Below, in pieces: positions 59,538-64,000 of a DNA stretch of 64,000 nt. Position 1 is the stretch's first letter. Every line of letters begins with the position of its first letter. The position numbers were made by a program, and so were the translations under genes. The stretch covers positions 305,226,001-305,290,000 of the forward strand of contig OZ024742.1 of NCBI GenBank assembly GCA_964016885.1, written 5' to 3'. This stretch comes from Eledone cirrhosa. Taxonomy: Eukaryota. The notes beneath the pieces are model-generated. The model ran no database searches and had not been told where the DNA came from. It was given only the letters and a program-made list of their open reading frames with translations.

Positions 59538-59978
59538 AATCACACAAACACACACACACATATATATATATATGTGTATGTATATATATATATATATACA
59601 TATGTATCTATATCTCTCTCTCTATATATAGAGAGAGATATATAGATATATATGTGTGTGCGTATGTATGTATTATGTATACATATATATATGTGTGTGT
59701 GTGTATACATGAAACTGTGAATACATGTATGCAATGTGTATATCGGACTGTGTGTATGGAAGTGTACAAACACCACCAAAGCCTAATACGGCAATGGTTT
59801 GAAAATTGTGCTCCAGATAAGTAGCTTGCTAATGTGTACTTGGTTGAGTCAATAGTTTTTCAAAAGTCCTCATCAATGGTTTAAATCAATAGTCGTTATT
59901 GTGAAAGTAACAGTTGGGCGTTTACAGAAGTAGGCCTGCTGGCACATATAATCTTATCTTTATATATATATTTATATT

Positions 59979-60145
<167 letters not shown>

Positions 60146-60198
60146 ATTATATTACACACACATGCATACACATACACATAAACACATCTCTCTTTCTT

Positions 60199-60279
<81 letters not shown>

Positions 60280-61432
60280 TATATATATGTTTATATATTT
60301 TTATAAATTTGAATATATATATCTATATCTGAAATTTTTTTAGCTGAAATTAAGATCCATATGTAGGAAAATGTCACAACTGAAAATTTGAGTATTGGTT
60401 CGTTAGATTTCAAATTTCAACTTTATCTTTAAATAAAGCTGGTATATGTTTCATCAGAGCCAATCCAATTGTTTATACAATCATTCAGCTGCTCCTGTGA
60501 ATATTCATCAAGCATCGATAAATAAAATGTCTATGTAGGTAGATAGAATACAAGAATTTTATGAACGTCTGATGACTTATTTTGTTATATTTAGTCAATG
60601 TTCAAATTCCGCTGTTTCTTATTTCGCTAGAAGTCTTAAACCGTTGTGCCGTTCAACACAAACATTGGATCCGAGGTGGGGTTAAGCGTAGTTCATTCTA
60701 TTGCTAGTATTCGGAACAGATTTTGTTTCTATTCCTCCAATCTCGGAGGATCTTACAGAGACCATGATCATTTATCTTCTTTATTTATCTATATAAAATA
60801 ATTTTTAGAAGAAGACAAGCATGAAACCCCTTCATAAACACACACAAACACACATTTAATGAAACTGGCTGCCTATACAGAAAGAAAAGAGGAACATTTT
60901 AAGTGCAAACCATCTATAGCCAAATAATTCAGATTTACTATATCCATAGATGTACACACATTGTTTTCCTGCTTATATGATACTGTAGTATATGTTGTGT
61001 TCTTACTCCGTAACATACTAACATACGTATAAACCTCACATTCATATAAACCTAACAATCAGATGCAACCGTATATATATATATATATATATATATATAC
61101 GATATATATACGATATATATACGATATATATATATATATACGATAAAAAGATGCATATAAGTCATAAAAAATAATTTACATCATATACTGTAGATTAAAC
61201 TAATCAATAATTCGGTGAAAATCAGTGATATATATATATATATATATATGTCTTTGAAAGCATGTATGTATGCATTACATAATAGTGTGCGTAGATGTTT
61301 ATGCATGATTGTATATATATATATTCAGATCAGAAATCTATAAGCATTTCATTTCTATAAAAGTAATATTATGGCAGATGCCTGTTATACAATCTACCAA
61401 TCAGTATTATATGCGTCGTCATCATCATTATC

Positions 61433-61464
<32 letters not shown>

Positions 61465-61742
61465 CATCCTCCGTCGTCGTCGTTATCATTCATGGACATT
61501 CTCTGTCTATTGCAAGTCGAATGGCTATCGAAGCCGGTGTCAATAGCTCCTATACTATGCCGCTGTCATTGGGCAAAGCTTGTTGCTCGAAGATATGAAA
61601 ACAAATGGACCAAGCTATATAGAGAATAGAGAACGATGGAGAGAGGTTCCTGTAGTCGAGGGAACAGAGGATCATCTGGAGAAATGAGATTGAAAAAGAC
61701 ATAAACACACACAGGTCTATTATTTAGTCATCACCATATTTA

Positions 61743-61794
<52 letters not shown>

Positions 61795-62224
61795 TAAACA
61801 TTTTCCTATATATATATATATATACATATAGGCACATATACACTCACTTTTTCAGTTACCCGCACACACAATCCTTCACTGAGAGTTGTCCATACAACCT
61901 TGCTATTCCAATGCTAATGCATAGTTACATTGCTTCTGTACACACACCCAGGCAACATACCCACATGCTAATTCTACACATGCAACAGACACACATACAC
62001 TATAACAATATGCACACAAGCAATTTGTACACATCCAACACGTACACATGCATCTAAATATTTAATTACAGTTCAATTTGCATGAAGAAATTCAACCGCC
62101 ACATATGCATATACCCATAAATCTATGCATAATATTACACATTCCATACACACTTAAACACACACAAGCAGGAAAGCACACAAACAGATACACTCACACG
62201 CATATGTACTCTTTGTTGCTCGTG

Positions 62225-62356
<132 letters not shown>

Positions 62357-62364
62357 TGTATGTA

Positions 62365-62395
<31 letters not shown>

Positions 62396-62400
62396 GTATA

Positions 62401-62446
<46 letters not shown>

Positions 62447-62614
62447 ATATATATGTATATATATATATACACTAAGGAAGCAGTCAACAGATACAAGCTT
62501 AACACCCACTCACACACACGTACACACATTCGCACACACACACACACACACACACATGCATGGAATGAAGTAAACACAAACACATGCATAAAACCAAAAT
62601 AAAACCAACAGCAG

Positions 62615-62648
<34 letters not shown>

Positions 62649-62651
62649 AAC

Positions 62652-62686
<35 letters not shown>

Positions 62687-63142
62687 AATCAACGTTCATT
62701 TGCCATTACTCACAAAGGTAGAAAAATATATAAAAGAAATAGAAAGAAAAGCCACCCCACAGAACCCTCACCACCCCGTCCTCTTCCGACTAGCTCCTCC
62801 CCTATTCCTTATTCTATTAAGACAACATTAACAATAACATCAACGAGAACATTCACACCTCTATAGGGTTCTTGCTAAAAGAACTTTTATCAGCTAACCC
62901 ATAACACATACCTACCACCAACTGCCACCATATATTTGTTTGTTTTCTTTGTTGTCTTTCTCTTCTACTTCCTCACTTTCTTATCTCCCCCTCACACCCG
63001 ACCTTCCACCCTCTCTATCAATAATCTATCTTTCTTCTTTTTTTCCTCCTTTCTCACTCAATCTACTCATCATAACCATGTATTTCTCTGCACTCGTTCC
63101 CTCACGCTACTTGTTATCTCTCTTTATCCCATTGGATTTCCT

Positions 63143-63183
<41 letters not shown>

Positions 63184-63234
63184 CTGCCATCTATCTCTTT
63201 CTCTTATCTCTCTCTCTCTCTCTCTCTCGCTCTC

Positions 63235-63265
<31 letters not shown>

Positions 63266-63323
63266 ATTTATATATATACGTGTGTGTGTCTGTCTGTCTA
63301 TCTATCTGTCTGCCTATCTATCA

Positions 63324-63361
<38 letters not shown>

Positions 63362-63378
63362 TTATCTATGTATCTATC

Positions 63379-63486
<108 letters not shown>

Positions 63487-63730
63487 AGAGAGAGAGAAAC
63501 AGTCAGACAGAATGGTTCAATATAATGAGATGTGATACATGGAAACTGTCAAACGGTTGCAAAAGAGAGAAAGTTTGAGAGTAAATAGAGAGAGTGTGAT
63601 ATTGGTGAAAGGGGGAGTAGTGGAGTTGGAAGGGTAATGTTGAGGAATGTAAATATGGTAAATATGGGAGAGAAATTTCTAAGAACAGGACGATAAGGGT
63701 CGAGGTGAAGGGTATATATATATATATATA

Positions 63731-63797
63731 TTTTTGTTTAATATAAGGAATTGTTTGTTCATTATTTGTTTAATATTTTATCTTGACTCTGTATACC

Positions 63798-63800
<3 letters not shown>
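63731..63800 (+). mobile_element. Short terminal fragment of the 56-58 kb Penelope family between (TA)n tracts
   Basis: tttaatataaggaa...tatcttgactctgt is the reverse-complement homologue of about 56481-56547. Confidence 0.6.
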
Positions 63801-63861
<61 letters not shown>

Positions 63862-63866
<5 letters not shown>

Positions 63867-64000
63867 AACAAGTATGACCCCGACGGCAGAGCTCAAGCCG
63901 TTTCGACGGCTAATTCTGGACTCTAGAAGTCGGGGTCATACTTGTTCCTATTACCCACTCTACTACCCTAAGTATTGAGTACTTTGGTGCGTTATGGTCC
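63862..64000 (+). mobile_element. Third copy of the fold-back element (runs off the window)
   Basis: Arms 63862-63884 and 63929-63951, followed by tacccactctactacc...ggtgcgttatggtcc, as in the reverse complement of 32558-32606. Confidence 0.9.

Overview
AT-rich, microsatellite-saturated eukaryotic DNA; the tRNA-derived SINE family and repeat landscape suggest an octopus (inference). The only host coding sequence I can support is one phase-0/0 exon of a NOL4/NOL4L-like gene (53646-54116, +), so the rest is probably intron. It contains: (i) three tandem, minus-strand L1/Tx1-clade LINE copies embedded in (GATA)n (1.0-6.9 kb) with complementary internal deletions; (ii) two Penelope-like (Naiad-type GIY-YIG) remnants (43.2-45.5 kb and 56.4-58.3 kb); (iii) about ten fold-back inverted repeats, nearly all sitting in (TA)n, most with the architecture (TA)n - short arm - loop - long arm plus unique tail - (TA)n, several carrying hammerhead-ribozyme-like cores (CUGAnGA...GAAA), including a three-copy ~195 nt element whose copy-specific variants are mirrored in both arms; (iv) about a dozen SINEs, several with clear TSDs, plus an RTE fragment, two MITEs and Helitron-like ends. 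Almost all long ORFs in the track are microsatellite translation artefacts. All alignments were made by eye, so boundaries are approximate to a few bases.
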